64,000 bases of DNA, from NCBI RefSeq assembly GCF_006345805.1, contig NC_043014.1:44082001-44146000 (forward strand), given 5' to 3'. This document shows, piece after piece, positions 50,386 to 61,318 of the stretch; position 1 is the stretch's first letter, and the number at the start of each line of letters is the position of its first letter. The position numbers and the translations under genes are program-made. The notes beneath the pieces are model-generated. The model was not told the origin of the DNA. It was given only the letters and a program-made list of their open reading frames with translations, and ran no database searches. This DNA comes from Octopus sinensis. Its lineage: Eukaryota.

Positions 50386-51777
50386 CTAACGGCCCCCTCC
50401 GCCAGCATCACTTACCTTTCCGTTTCCTATCACGATTCCAAAGTCTTTCACCTCACCTTTCATTTCTCTCTCAAACCTCTCTATCATATCATTTCTCATA
50501 TATTCTGACAAACAATTTATACGTAGTTCATTGCACTTGCTCATCAAAGAGCCCATGAGTTCGAAATCGAATACCGCATAACTTCCGTCCTCATACTCCT
50601 GCCATACATTGTCTTCAAAAAGCCTTCTTGCATTCTCTGTATCTCCCTTCCTCACAACACACAAAAAGTAGGACTGGGGCTTTTGTATGTTTTGTATGTC
50701 TGATTTCGTTTTTCTTGTAGGCGGGGAGTGGGTGGGATTGCTGTTTGCGGGGGCAGGATGGGTCTCCAAAGGTGTGGGTGGTGTTTGGGTGGGTTGGGGC
50801 TTCACACAGTTTTTCCTTTTCTTTCCTTTTCTCTTCTTTCTGACCTCTTCATACTCTTTTTGCGTCTCTTCCTCATCTGTCGTTTCCCTTTCCATCTGCT
50901 TCTCCTTGATTTCTTCTTCTTTTGGGGCTTCCTCTTTTGGAGTTTCCTCAACAATTTCCTTTTCTCCCGGTGGGGGAGGGCAGAAGGCTCTTATGTGGCC
51001 CCTCAGGCCACACTTGTAACAACGTGGAGCTCTGCCCTCCACCCACACTCTCATAATCACGTCTCCCAATTTAATGCTCTCCGCCAGGTCCGCCAGCACC
51101 TCACTCTCCGCCTGCACGTTCAGCTCCACTGTTACTCCTCTCCAGCCCTCGGTCCTGACCGAGGCATGGAGAATATCAACTTTCTCCTCGTGGCCGCTGA
51201 TCACAGCCGCCACAATCCATTCAGCCTCCACGTTTGGTGGCACTCCCTCCACCCTTACTCGTGTAATCCTTCTATTCATGTACATAGGTAGGAGTGTTAC
51301 CTTTTCTGACCTCACCGCCCTCACCGCCATCTTCCTCGCTGCAGTCTCACTCTTAAAATGTACCACTACGGTACCGTACTTCGATCCTCGAGTCAAAAAA
51401 ATGATTTCCTCCTCCGATTTTCTCAGGGCCTCCTCTATCCATTCCATTTTTACGATCTCTATTTTCTTTCTTTCGTTCAGGAACACCCTGTAAATTATAG
51501 TCCTCTTATTGTACCATTCCTTTCTCTTTGGCGGTGGTTCCAGTTCCACCTCGCCGCTGTCCTTCCTCATATACCTCTGGAAACCTGGCAATTTTTCTAG
51601 GTTTATTTCATTTTCCTGTTTCGTCTTCTTTTTTGCAACTCCTGCGTACGTTTTCCTGTTTTCAGTCTCCACATTTTTTACCTCACCGATTTGCTCGTTT
51701 TCAGAGTTCGATGTCTCCGACAAGCTCTCAAATATCCATTCTTCCTCCGACTCCTCCACAAGGGAGTGGTCATCCAT
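50386..51777 (-). CDS. Intact LINE ORF1/gag-like protein (463 aa) with CCHC knuckle
   Basis: ATG to stop uninterrupted; followed directly by a ~130-bp 3'UTR and tail, with no ORF2. Confidence 0.88.
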   Translation of the reverse strand: MDDHSLVEESEEEWIFESLSETSNSENEQIGEVKNVETENRKTYAGVAKKKTKQENEINLEKLPGFQRYMRKDSGEVELEPPPKRKEWYNKRTIIYRVFLNERKKIEIVKMEWIEEALRKSEEEIIFLTRGSKYGTVVVHFKSETAARKMAVRAVRSEKVTLLPMYMNRRITRVRVEGVPPNVEAEWIVAAVISGHEEKVDILHASVRTEGWRGVTVELNVQAESEVLADLAESIKLGDVIMRVWVEGRAPRCYKCGLRGHIRAFCPPPPGEKEIVEETPKEEAPKEEEIKEKQMERETTDEEETQKEYEEVRKKRKGKKRKNCVKPQPTQTPPTPLETHPAPANSNPTHSPPTRKTKSDIQNIQKPQSYFLCVVRKGDTENARRLFEDNVWQEYEDGSYAVFDFELMGSLMSKCNELRINCLSEYMRNDMIERFEREMKGEVKDFGIVIGNGKVSDAGGGGR

Positions 51778-52094
51778 CTCCTCCCGCCTGACAGGCCGAA
51801 AACGGCCGTCAAAACAGAAAAAGTGTAACGCGCAGAACCAGCGGAACGCGAAACCGCGTCAACGCCGTTCAGAACTTCCACAACAACAACAACGCTTTTT
51901 GTTCTTTTTTACCGAATTTTACGAGCGTAAAAAAAACACGACCGAACTCAAGCTCTTTCTTATTTCTTATTTCTTTATTACCCACTAGGGGCGACACAGA
52001 GGGGGACACCAAGAGACATGGGGACATATAACATTATAATTAAACTTTATGAAAATGAATTGTTAAACGAAAAAATGATAAAATGAAAGCGATA

Positions 52095-52295
52095 CCAAGA
52101 AACAATATTGGTTACAGAAATTGATTTTGATTTTTTTTTAAATGTCTTTTTAAATAAACTATTCCAACGTTTCATTTTCGTTTTTTATTTTATTTTATTT
52201 TATTCATTCAATCTAAATTTCTTGCATGCATATCATTGTAATCCGCGCGATACAGTTTCAATTCATAGTGGATGTTATCAACTACCACTTAGGCA
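52095..52295 (-). promoter_or_regulatory. Displaced upstream module of 4TM copy 7
   Basis: Plus strand AAGAAACAAT..AAATAAACTATTCCA..GTTTCAATTCATAGTGGATGTTATCAACTACCACTT matches the paralogue modules. Confidence 0.7.
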
Positions 52296-52482
52296 TCTAA
52301 TGCCAATGTTTCATGACTCAGTATTTCTTTATTTAAGCACTCAGGCTCTTACGCAGAGGGGAGGACAGCTTTCTTTATTAGGCATAAAGCCCCAAACACA
52401 GAGGGGACACCACAAGGACAGACAAGACTACAGTGGGGACAAAAACCATAAACGAACGTAAATGAAAAACTGTAAAATGAAA

Positions 52483-53001
52483 ATTCCGCCGAGGTCGACT
52501 TTACTTTTCATCCTTTCGGGTCGATTAAATAAGTACCAGTTACGCACTGGGGTCGATATAATCGACTTAATCCGTTTGTCTGTCCTTGCTTGTCCTCTCT
52601 GTGTTTAGCCCCTTGTGGGTAGTAAAGAAATAGGTATTTCATCTGCCGCTACGTTCTGAGTTCAAATTCCGCCGAGGTCGACTTTGCCTTTCATCCTTTT
52701 GGGGGTCGATTAAATAAGTACCAGTTACGCACTGGGGTCGATATAATCGACTTAATCCGTTTGTCTGTCCTTGTTTGTCCTCTCTGTGTTTAGCCCCTTG
52801 TGGGTAGTAAAGAAATAGGTATTTCGTCTGCCGTTACGTTCTGAGTTCATATTCCGCCGAGGTCGACTTTGCCTTTCATCCTTTTGGGGCCGATTAAATA
52901 AGTACCAGTTACGCACTGGGGTCGATGTAATCGACTTAATCCGTTTGTCTGTCCTTGTTTGTCCTCTCTGTGTTTAGCCCCTTGTGGGTAGTAAAGAAAT
53001 A
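52483..53001 (+). mobile_element. Three-unit SINE array
   Basis: Units joined at AAAGAAATA|GGTATTTC. Confidence 0.9.
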
Positions 53002-53479
53002 GAAAAGCTGTAAAATGAAATCGATGATAATGAAAAGGCTGCATTGAGCCCCTCAAGCAGTACCATTTAACTCGTTTCTTTATTAGCCACAAGGGCCCAA
53101 GCAGTACCATTTAACTGTTAATTCATACAAGTTATGAATGTTTTTTTTTCCTTTCGCATCTTTTTTTCCCCGTTTGTTAAAGTCTATTTCCTCTTTTTTC
53201 CTTTTCTTTTTCTCCTTTGTTAATAAGTCTATTTCTTTTTTCGGTCCTCTTTCAAAGTACTCCTTTATTACCATTCATTAGATGTATTGGATCTTTTCGG
53301 TTTGAACGGCAGTTTTTAAATTCATTTATAAGTAACTAAAAAATTTTAAACTTCGTATACTGGTAGAATGTGTTTATAAATAGTGAAACGTTTGGTACAC
53401 GTTGTCGACAGCGTGGTCGAGAAAGCGCGCCATACAGACCGGTCTGTCCACGATAATCGAACATCTACTTCATGCGGCA

Positions 53480-53815
53480 CATCATAGAAAGGTTAGACAG
53501 GTTTTGGACATCGTAGAAAGGTTAGACAGGTTTTGGACATCGTAGAAGGGTTAGACAAGTTTTAGACATCGTAGACAGGTTAGACAGGTTTTAGACATCG
53601 TAGACAGGTGAGACAGGTTTTGGACATCGTAGACAGGTTTTGGACATCGTAGACAGGTTAGACAGGTTTTGGACATCGTAGACATGTTAGATAGGTTTTG
53701 GACATCGTAGAAAGGTTAGACAGATTTTAGACATCGTAGACAGGTTAGACAGGTTTTGGACATCGTAGAAAGGTTAGACAGGTTTTGGACATCGTAGAAG
53801 GGTTAGACAGGTTTT
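53480..53815. repeat. ~29-bp minisatellite
   Basis: Unit GACATCGTAGACAGGTTAGACAGGTTTTG, ~11 copies. Confidence 0.93.
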
Positions 53816-54961
53816 ACCCTTGCTATTGTTGTTGCTTGTCTTTGTTACTGCATGCTGTTGTCGTTGTAGAGATGATAGCGTGACTCCCTTTTCTTATTTC
53901 CTGTTTTAGTTGTGAGGGCAGAATATTCTCAGGTGGTTAGTTGTTCCACACGAATAACATATCGGTCTTTTGCCCTCTACAGTTACCCACAACTCCATCC
54001 AATTTGACACGGAGATGAGCTTTGGAGTCTTTCAGAAATGATTAGGTTTTATTAAGAGAATGAACATTGATATAGTTCAAGACTAGTTATGACGCCTAGT
54101 TCACTAACTCCATGCTGGCCAGTGTCCACCAAAGAGCCAGTACTTGTGGACCTCCTCGTGTTGGCAACTTCTTTGTCCATTTTCTCAAATAAGTGCGAAA
54201 GAAAGCAGCGTTTTCACAGCAACAGGTGACCCCCGAATACTGCAGTACGAGGAACTCGTCCACAAATGGGACTTCGACCGCCACCAATCTGCCTAGCTCT
54301 AGATATATACTCTTGCCTTGCCGTACATTGTAGAGGGCTCTTTCTACTATTTTTGTTCGAAGCCATCACCAGGCGACGGCTTTTTAACAAAAGCGAGTAA
54401 CATATTTCTAGTAGTTGCAGCCAAAATTTCAGGTGGGGCGTAAAGGCTGCCACCTCAGTATTCCTGAATAGAGTCCTAAAGTTTGGTTCATTTGTCTTCT
54501 AGGGAGAGAATGCGCAGCTTCCTTGTGGAAACTATTCTTTCTCTGTTTATACATTTCCTAGTTCTTTACTGTCCACAAGGGGTTACACACAGATGGGACA
54601 AACAAGGATAGACAAACGGATTAAGTCGATTACATCGACCCCCAGTGCGTAACTGGTACTTATTTAATCGGCCCCGAAAGGATGAAAGGCAAAGTTGACC
54701 TCGGCGGAATTTGAACTCGGAACGTAGCGGCAGAAGAAATACCTATTTCTTTACTGCCCACAAGGGGTTACACACAGAGGGGACAAACAAGGATAGACAA
54801 ACGGATTAAGTCGATTACATCGACGGCCCCAATGCGTAACTGGTACTTATTTAATCGACCCCGAAAGTATGAAAGACAAAGTTGACCTCGGCGGAATTTG
54901 AACTCAGAACGTAGCGGCAGACGAAATATTCTCTGTTTATACAACTCCACTATCTTGAAGT

Positions 54962-55002
54962 GTAAGTGAAGTTTGATGTCAACTAAGAATTGAAACCGCT
55001 TC
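54962..55002 (+). promoter_or_regulatory. Conserved upstream module of copy 8
   Basis: GTAAGTGAAGTTTGATGTCAACTAAGAATTGAAACCG. Confidence 0.65.
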
Positions 55003-55247
55003 GTGGATTTGAATGATCTGCAAGCAAGAAATGTTGATTGACTAAAAGAAAAAGAAAAAAAGAAAAGGCACATGTTGAAATTATGGAATAATTCATTCGA
55101 GGCCGCTTTTTAGAGTGAAACAATGATTTTCGAACTTCATTTCTATTGGTTTTTCAGAGAATAAAGAATCAAAAAACACGGTCAGTTTAAACGGAGGAGG
55201 CTTTTCATAAAATAGCGCAGCAAAAGGCAATTACATTTCCAGAAAGA

Positions 55248-55895
55248 ATGGAGAATTCTGAAAGCATTGATGTAGCTAGTGCTGTGGAGAACTTGAATGA
55301 TGCGCCAAGTACGAGTAATTCGCAACGAAATCCAACTGAGTCATGGCCGACACGCCGTCTATCATCTATCAGCGAAGAAACCGAAGAAATGAACGACTTT
55401 GGAGAATTTGTGCAACAAGAACGCGGCGATCAGCCTCAGACGCAGCGGCGCATTACTAACTATTATAGTATACACTGGGTTTATATACTCCTCTACCTGG
55501 TGTTATCTGTGATTATTTTATCTTGCGGCCTCATCGACCTATTGCAACAAGTTCGCAATTTTTCACATACATCGGAATATTGGATTACTATTCTCGACGT
55601 GGTTATCGTCGCCAACTCATTGACAATCTTCTGCATCGTCTTCCCGTTTTCGAAGCGAAGATCCTATTTCCCAAATCACAATATCGTCCACAGTCTCCTA
55701 TGTACGATATCTATCCTGTTGTCCGCTACGATTTGCTTCGGTTTAAATTCTGATTGGATTATGGCTGCCGTTATAATCTGTTGTTTCCTACTTTTGCTTC
55801 TGTTGTGTATACCGAGTTTGATATCAAATTTTACAGCTCGTCAAACCCTGAACCAACTCCAGCTTTTTATGTTCAATCTTTCATTCCTGCTTTGA
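55248..55895 (+). CDS. 4TM family copy 8 (215 aa), inverted relative to copies 1-7
   Basis: ESWPTRRLS, IHWVYILLYLVLS, EYWITILD, FCIVFPFSKR and FGLNSDW motifs. Confidence 0.87.
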   Translation: MENSESIDVASAVENLNDAPSTSNSQRNPTESWPTRRLSSISEETEEMNDFGEFVQQERGDQPQTQRRITNYYSIHWVYILLYLVLSVIILSCGLIDLLQQVRNFSHTSEYWITILDVVIVANSLTIFCIVFPFSKRRSYFPNHNIVHSLLCTISILLSATICFGLNSDWIMAAVIICCFLLLLLLCIPSLISNFTARQTLNQLQLFMFNLSFLL

Positions 55896-56077
55896 AATAC
55901 TTTATCATATAATTTGTCAGAACAATCGAATAGCTTCCTACTTTTGCTTCTGTTGTGTATACCGAGTTTGATATCAAATTTCACAGCTCGTCAAACCTTG
56001 AACCAACTCCAACTTTTTGTGTTCGATCTTTCATTCCTGCTTTGAAATACTTCATCATATAATTTGTCAGAACAATC
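55785..56077 (+). repeat. 150-bp tandem duplication of the 3' end of copy 8
   Basis: 55785-55927 repeated at 55935-56077. Confidence 0.92.
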
Positions 56078-58659
56078 AAATATTTTGCTTTTAAAAACAT
56101 TTGATAAAATAAGTGTAACCAAACATTTTTAAATCAGAAAAATTAGTCTCCAATAGTTTAGTCTCATTTTTAATATTCATAACTTCTTGATAATTTTCCT
56201 TGCATCACCCACCACTAGCTTTTTCAAACTATCATACATAAATACGTGGAGGCGCAATGGCCCAGTGGTTAGGGCAGCGGACTCGCGGTCGTAGGATCGC
56301 GGTTTCGATTCCCAGACCGGGCGTTGTGAGTGTTTATTGAGCGAAAACACCTAAAAAAAGCTCCACGAGGCTCCGGCAAGGATGGTGGTGATCCCTGCTG
56401 TACTCTTTCACCACAACTTTCTCTCACTCTTACTTCCTGTTTCTGTTGTACCTGTATTTCAAAGGGCCGGCCTTGTCACTCTCTGTGTCACGCTGAATAT
56501 CCCCGAGAACTACATTAAGGGTACACGTGTCTGTGGAGTGCTCAGCCACTTACACGTTAATTTCACGAGCAGGCTGTTCCGTTGATTCGGATCAACCGTA
56601 ACCCTCGTCGTCGTAACCGACGGAGTGCTTCCATTCACATAAATACATCTACTCTCCGACCAGTTTGAATCACTAGCAACTCTTACAAAAATCTACCCTC
56701 TTGTATTTGTAATATGTCTCACATCATCCCACTCTGAAGTCCTCAATCTCGATTACTTCAACGCTCACAACTGATCATAGCTCTCACACTCATCCTACCA
56801 GTGCAGAAGCTAAATCTCTTGTAAATCTCAGCTCCTTGCATGAAAACTTGTTGCATCCCTTGTTCACCTTTTAAATCGATACTTATATACACCAAACCCT
56901 CTTGATCTCTTTCTCAGCTCACGACCAACGCATTACTGGAATATTTCCTCTCGGGGATCTTTTCGGTTTGAACGGCAGTTTTTTCTAGCGGTGTCATATG
57001 AAATTGTCACCCATAATTATGACCCTAGAATCGATCTATTGCATTTCAATCTGTTTTAGGGTTAGGGTTGGTTAGGGTGGGGGAAGGATATATTTTTTTT
57101 CTTCAGAAATGTAAATAAACCCAATCTGTTTCTTAAACGAGGGACATATTCATACGGCACAGAATGCCTTTTAACTCAATAGACGTCACTGATTGGTTGA
57201 AATTACGGAAATTGAAGAAAAAAAAACAACAAATATCTTACAAACTATAGAATTTTCTCAAAGCCAAGAGAAAAATGTTTTATAAACACATTCTGCCAGT
57301 ATAGGAAGTTAAAAATTCAAGACCCACGCATTACTGGAATATTTCCTCTCAGCTATCAAGTCATCCGTCTACAACCTTATCGTAAACCCCACGCACAAAG
57401 ATACTACACAACTCCCCAATTTCACCGACCCATTGCAATACAATATTAACAATAGGAAAATATTTCCTGTGTACTTGTGTTTACAAGGGGTAGACAAGCA
57501 CCCCCATCCAGCTAAGCCTTCTCTGAGATATTTAGAAATTTAATAGGAAAATATTTTCTCAGAATCACCTGCTTTATGGTTTGTAGATTTTCACGCGAAT
57601 TTTATGGGTTCAGACCACGAATTTCTTGATTACAACACGTGTATGATTGTGAGAGAAAAAACGCTGTAATGGGATCCTTTCGGTTTGAACGGCAGTTTTT
57701 TCTAGCGGTGTCATATGAAATTGTCACTCATAATTATGACCCTAGTACCGATCTATTGCACTTCAATCTGTTTTAGGGTTAGGGGTGGGGGAAAGGGTAT
57801 CTTTTTTTCTTCACAAATGTAAATAAACCCAATCTGTTTCTTAAACGAGGGACATATTCAAACGGCACAGAATGTTTTTTACCTCAATAAACGTCGGTGA
57901 TTGGTTGAAATTGCAGAAACTGAAGAAAATATTACACAAATATCTTACAAACTATAGAACTTTCTCAATAAAGCCAAGAGAAAAAGATGTTTTATAAACA
58001 CATTCTACCAGTATACGAAGTTTAAAAGTGTTTAGTTACGTGGAGATTATTTTTAAAAACTGCCGTTCAAACCGAAAAAATCCGAATTGCTAACTCAATT
58101 TTTTTATACATCTGTTTTCCTGCTTCTCAAACAATGGTCAGTTCTCAACTCCACCTTTCGTCCATCGTGCATTCTTTTTTTTTTCTTTTTTTTTAAATAT
58201 TCGTTTCAGTCATTTGACTGCGGCCATGCTGGAGTATCGTCTTTAGTCGAACAAAGCAACCTCAGGACTTATTCTATCGGTCTGTTTTGCCGAACCGCTA
58301 AGATACGGGGACGTAAACACACCAACATCGGTTGCCAAGCGATGTGTTTGGTGGGGACGGACACAAATACACACACATACGATGGACTTCCTTCAGTTTC
58401 CGTTTACCAAATCCACTCACAAGGCTTTGGCCGGCCAGAGGCTATAGAAGACACATACCCAAGGTTCCACAGACTAGAATATTTTAAGTACCCTGCCTAC
58501 ACTGTCATATGTAAAGCCCTCAGCAGTGTCAATCTTTTTTTTTTTTAATTTGTAATTTCTTTGTCCGGTTGCAATTTCACACTCGCAACTTGGATCAAAA
58601 TTTTGTAAATTTTTGAATAAATTAAGTTAATTTTTTGGTTCAAAAAGCAAGGTCATGTA

Positions 58660-58975
58660 GGGGTACAGGGTGGGTGGTCATACAAAGAGTTCTGGCCATT
58701 TCTGGTCAAGAGAGACTTTGAACCGAGCGGTCGTCGGCATCTTCACTATCCTCGTTCGGCAGCTTATTCCACGGATCTGCAATCCGGACGGAGAAAGCCC
58801 CCCCTCTCCTTCGATTGAGATGAAATCGTCGCAGATAGAGCTTTTCGGAGTGACCCCACAGCCGACGCTCTGGAGCAGGAGTGAAGAACAGCTCTTTCGA
58901 GGGGTTACACTTTCCGCTTATGATGTTGTGAGCGAGAATGAGATCACCACGGCGTCATCTGTTTTTCGTTCTCCT
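58660..58975 (-). mobile_element. CR1-clade LINE 3' fragment
   Basis: Minus strand reads GHSEKLYLRRFHLNRRRG..SVRIADPWNKLP. Confidence 0.75.
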
Positions 58976-59215
58976 TAATTGTTACAATGCAATCGTTTTT
59001 GCTACGCTGACTTATCAGTGCAGCTATCTCTCTCGAACCAAAGGTTTCTATGTTTCAGAATTCTCACCGGCTCCTGCATCAAATATGAAATCGGACCAAA
59101 ACGTCAAGGAAATATTTTTTGCTAATGATCAAATCAAATAAAATAAAATAAAATAAAATGTTCCTTGCAAAAACTTTTACATGACATGAAACAAATCCAA
59201 GCTCTGAAATATATA

Positions 59216-59631
59216 TATTTCTTTACTGCTCACAAGGGGCTAAACTCAGAGGGGACAAACAAGGACAGACAAAGGGATTAAGTCGATTACATCGACTCCA
59301 GTGCGTAACTGGTTCTTAATTTATCGACCCCGAAAGGATGAAAGGCAAAGTCGACCTCGGCGGAATTTGAACTCAGAACGTAACGGCAGACGAAATACCT
59401 ATTTCTTTATTACCCACAAGGGGCTAAACATAGAGGGGACAAACAAGGACAGACAAAGGATTAAGTCGATTACATCGACTCCAGTGCGTAACTGGTACTT
59501 AATTTATCGACCCCCGAAAGGATGAAAGGCAAAGTCGACCTCGGCGGAATTTGAACCCAGAACGTAACGGCAGACGAAATACTGCAACGCATTTCGCCCG
59601 GCGTGCTAACGATTCTGCCAACTCGCCGCCT
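59216..59631 (-). mobile_element. Two-unit SINE array
   Basis: Single outer TSD AAGCTCTGAAATA(T/C)ATA. Confidence 0.9.
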
Positions 59632-61120
59632 AAGCTCTGAAATACATAATTTTGGAAACGGCTGTAATCCTGACACTAGTAGCAAAAACGATATTAAGAA
59701 TTGACTGTGTGATAATGAAGGTCGCTTTGAAATCACGCAGGTTCGGCTTCAGTTCCACTGTGCGGCGCTGTTTGTCAAGCGGTGTTGCGGGACAAGCACA
59801 TACACAGTTCTCTCTCTGCAATGTTCATAGGTATTTCTGCGAAAAACAATGTCATAATGACTCCCCACCCCCGCATTCTAACGATTCTGCTAATCCGTCA
59901 ACCTTCCTCGTTTCTAATTTAAGCACAAGGCCAGTAGTTTGGGGGAGGGGCGGGAGGAAGTAGTTTTTCTATTACATTGATCCATCCTTACTTGATTGGT
60001 ATTTTATTTTATGGGCACTGAAAGTATAAAATAAAATACCTATTTCTTCATTACCCACAAGGGGCTAAACATAGAGGGGACAAACAAGGACAGACATAGG
60101 TATTAAGTCGATTACATCGCCCCCAGTGCGTAACTGGTGCTTAATTTATCGACCCCGAAAGGATGAAAGGCAAAGTCGACCTCGGCGGAATTTGAACTCA
60201 CAGCGTAACAGCAGACGAAATACCGCAAAGCATTTCGCCCGGTGTGCTAACGCTTCTGCCAGCTCGCCGCCTTAGTATAAAATAAAATACCAATCAAATG
60301 GAGTATTTGAAGCGCTTCGTTTTGCAACAGAAAGTTGAACATTGAAATGGGATACCACTAGTGATGAGCAGCGTAAATTTGAGCGCAGATATAGCTGTGG
60401 GATTCAGAACATTGTGGTTTCAGGTTAAATCCCTCTGCGTGATGCATTGAGTTAGTGTCTTCTACCATAGGTTCGGGAGGACCGAGGCTTTTAACCCTTT
60501 AGTGTTTAAACCGGCCATATCAGGCCAAAATTGTTTTCCTGTTTTATGCTCAAACCAGCCAGCTCTGACCTCTCACACCTACCCTACAAAGTCATTACAA
60601 AAATGAACAGGGACATCATCAAAATCCCGGAGTTACAAGATGCTGTACAATTCATTTAAAACAAAGTGATTAGAGAGGCTTTACATTTGACATCTGAATG
60701 CTAAAGGGTTACATCTGAATGCTAAAGGGTTAAGAGTGAAATTTGGGAAATGGTTATTTGGAAGCTCACCGAAGCGACCGTCCCTGTTTTGTGGTTGACC
60801 ATTTTAATAGTTATGTTCATTTATCATCATCACCATAATCCGATTCGAGCATTCGCAACAAGACCTCCAACAAGGAATAGCATCTTTTGTGTTGCCAATG
60901 TTACCCTGAAAGATTTTATGACCGCCACTCTCTTACCTGAAGTGTAATATTCTTAAACAAGAATTTAGACAGGAAAGTGTTTGCAGCTTGTTACAAAGTT
61001 TACACTCTTATTCTGTAATATCTCAACACATTTATAATATTGATATCTTGTCTCTAATATGTCTATAAGAAAGGGAAACTGGGGGAAAAAGTAGTGTTCA
61101 TACAGTTCAACTGATATCTT

Positions 61121-61318
61121 GAAATGAAAGTGAAGTTTGATAACTTCAACTAAGAATTGAAACCGCGTCGTAGATGGTAATGTACTCCATGCAAAACAAT
61201 AAGATTGTATAAAAGAAAAATAATAAGACGGACGTTGAAATTTTGGAATGGTTTATTTAAGGTCAGTTTCTGAAGTCAGAACAAAGATTTGCTTCATTTC
61301 TATTATTTCTTACAGAAT
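61121..61318 (+). promoter_or_regulatory. Orphan upstream module of a probable 9th 4TM copy
   Basis: GAAATGAAAGTGAAGTTTGATAACTTCAACTAAGAATTGAAACCG..TTTAAGGTCA..TTTCTTACAG; inverted paralogue of 42465-42662. Confidence 0.72.

Larger units (their letters stand above)
48311..52094 (-). mobile_element. Head-to-tail array of ORF1-only (HAL1-like) non-LTR elements
   Basis: 3' stub 48311-48514; long copies ~48533-50256 and ~50258-51958; stub ~51960-52094; TSD CCAAGAAACAATATTGGT at 48515-48532 and 52095-52112. Confidence 0.88.

Noticed and set aside
50386-51777. LTR-retrotransposon gag or host ZCCHC gene
   Set aside because: No LTRs, PBS or pol; long TSDs, 5' truncations and the shared tail indicate a non-LTR element
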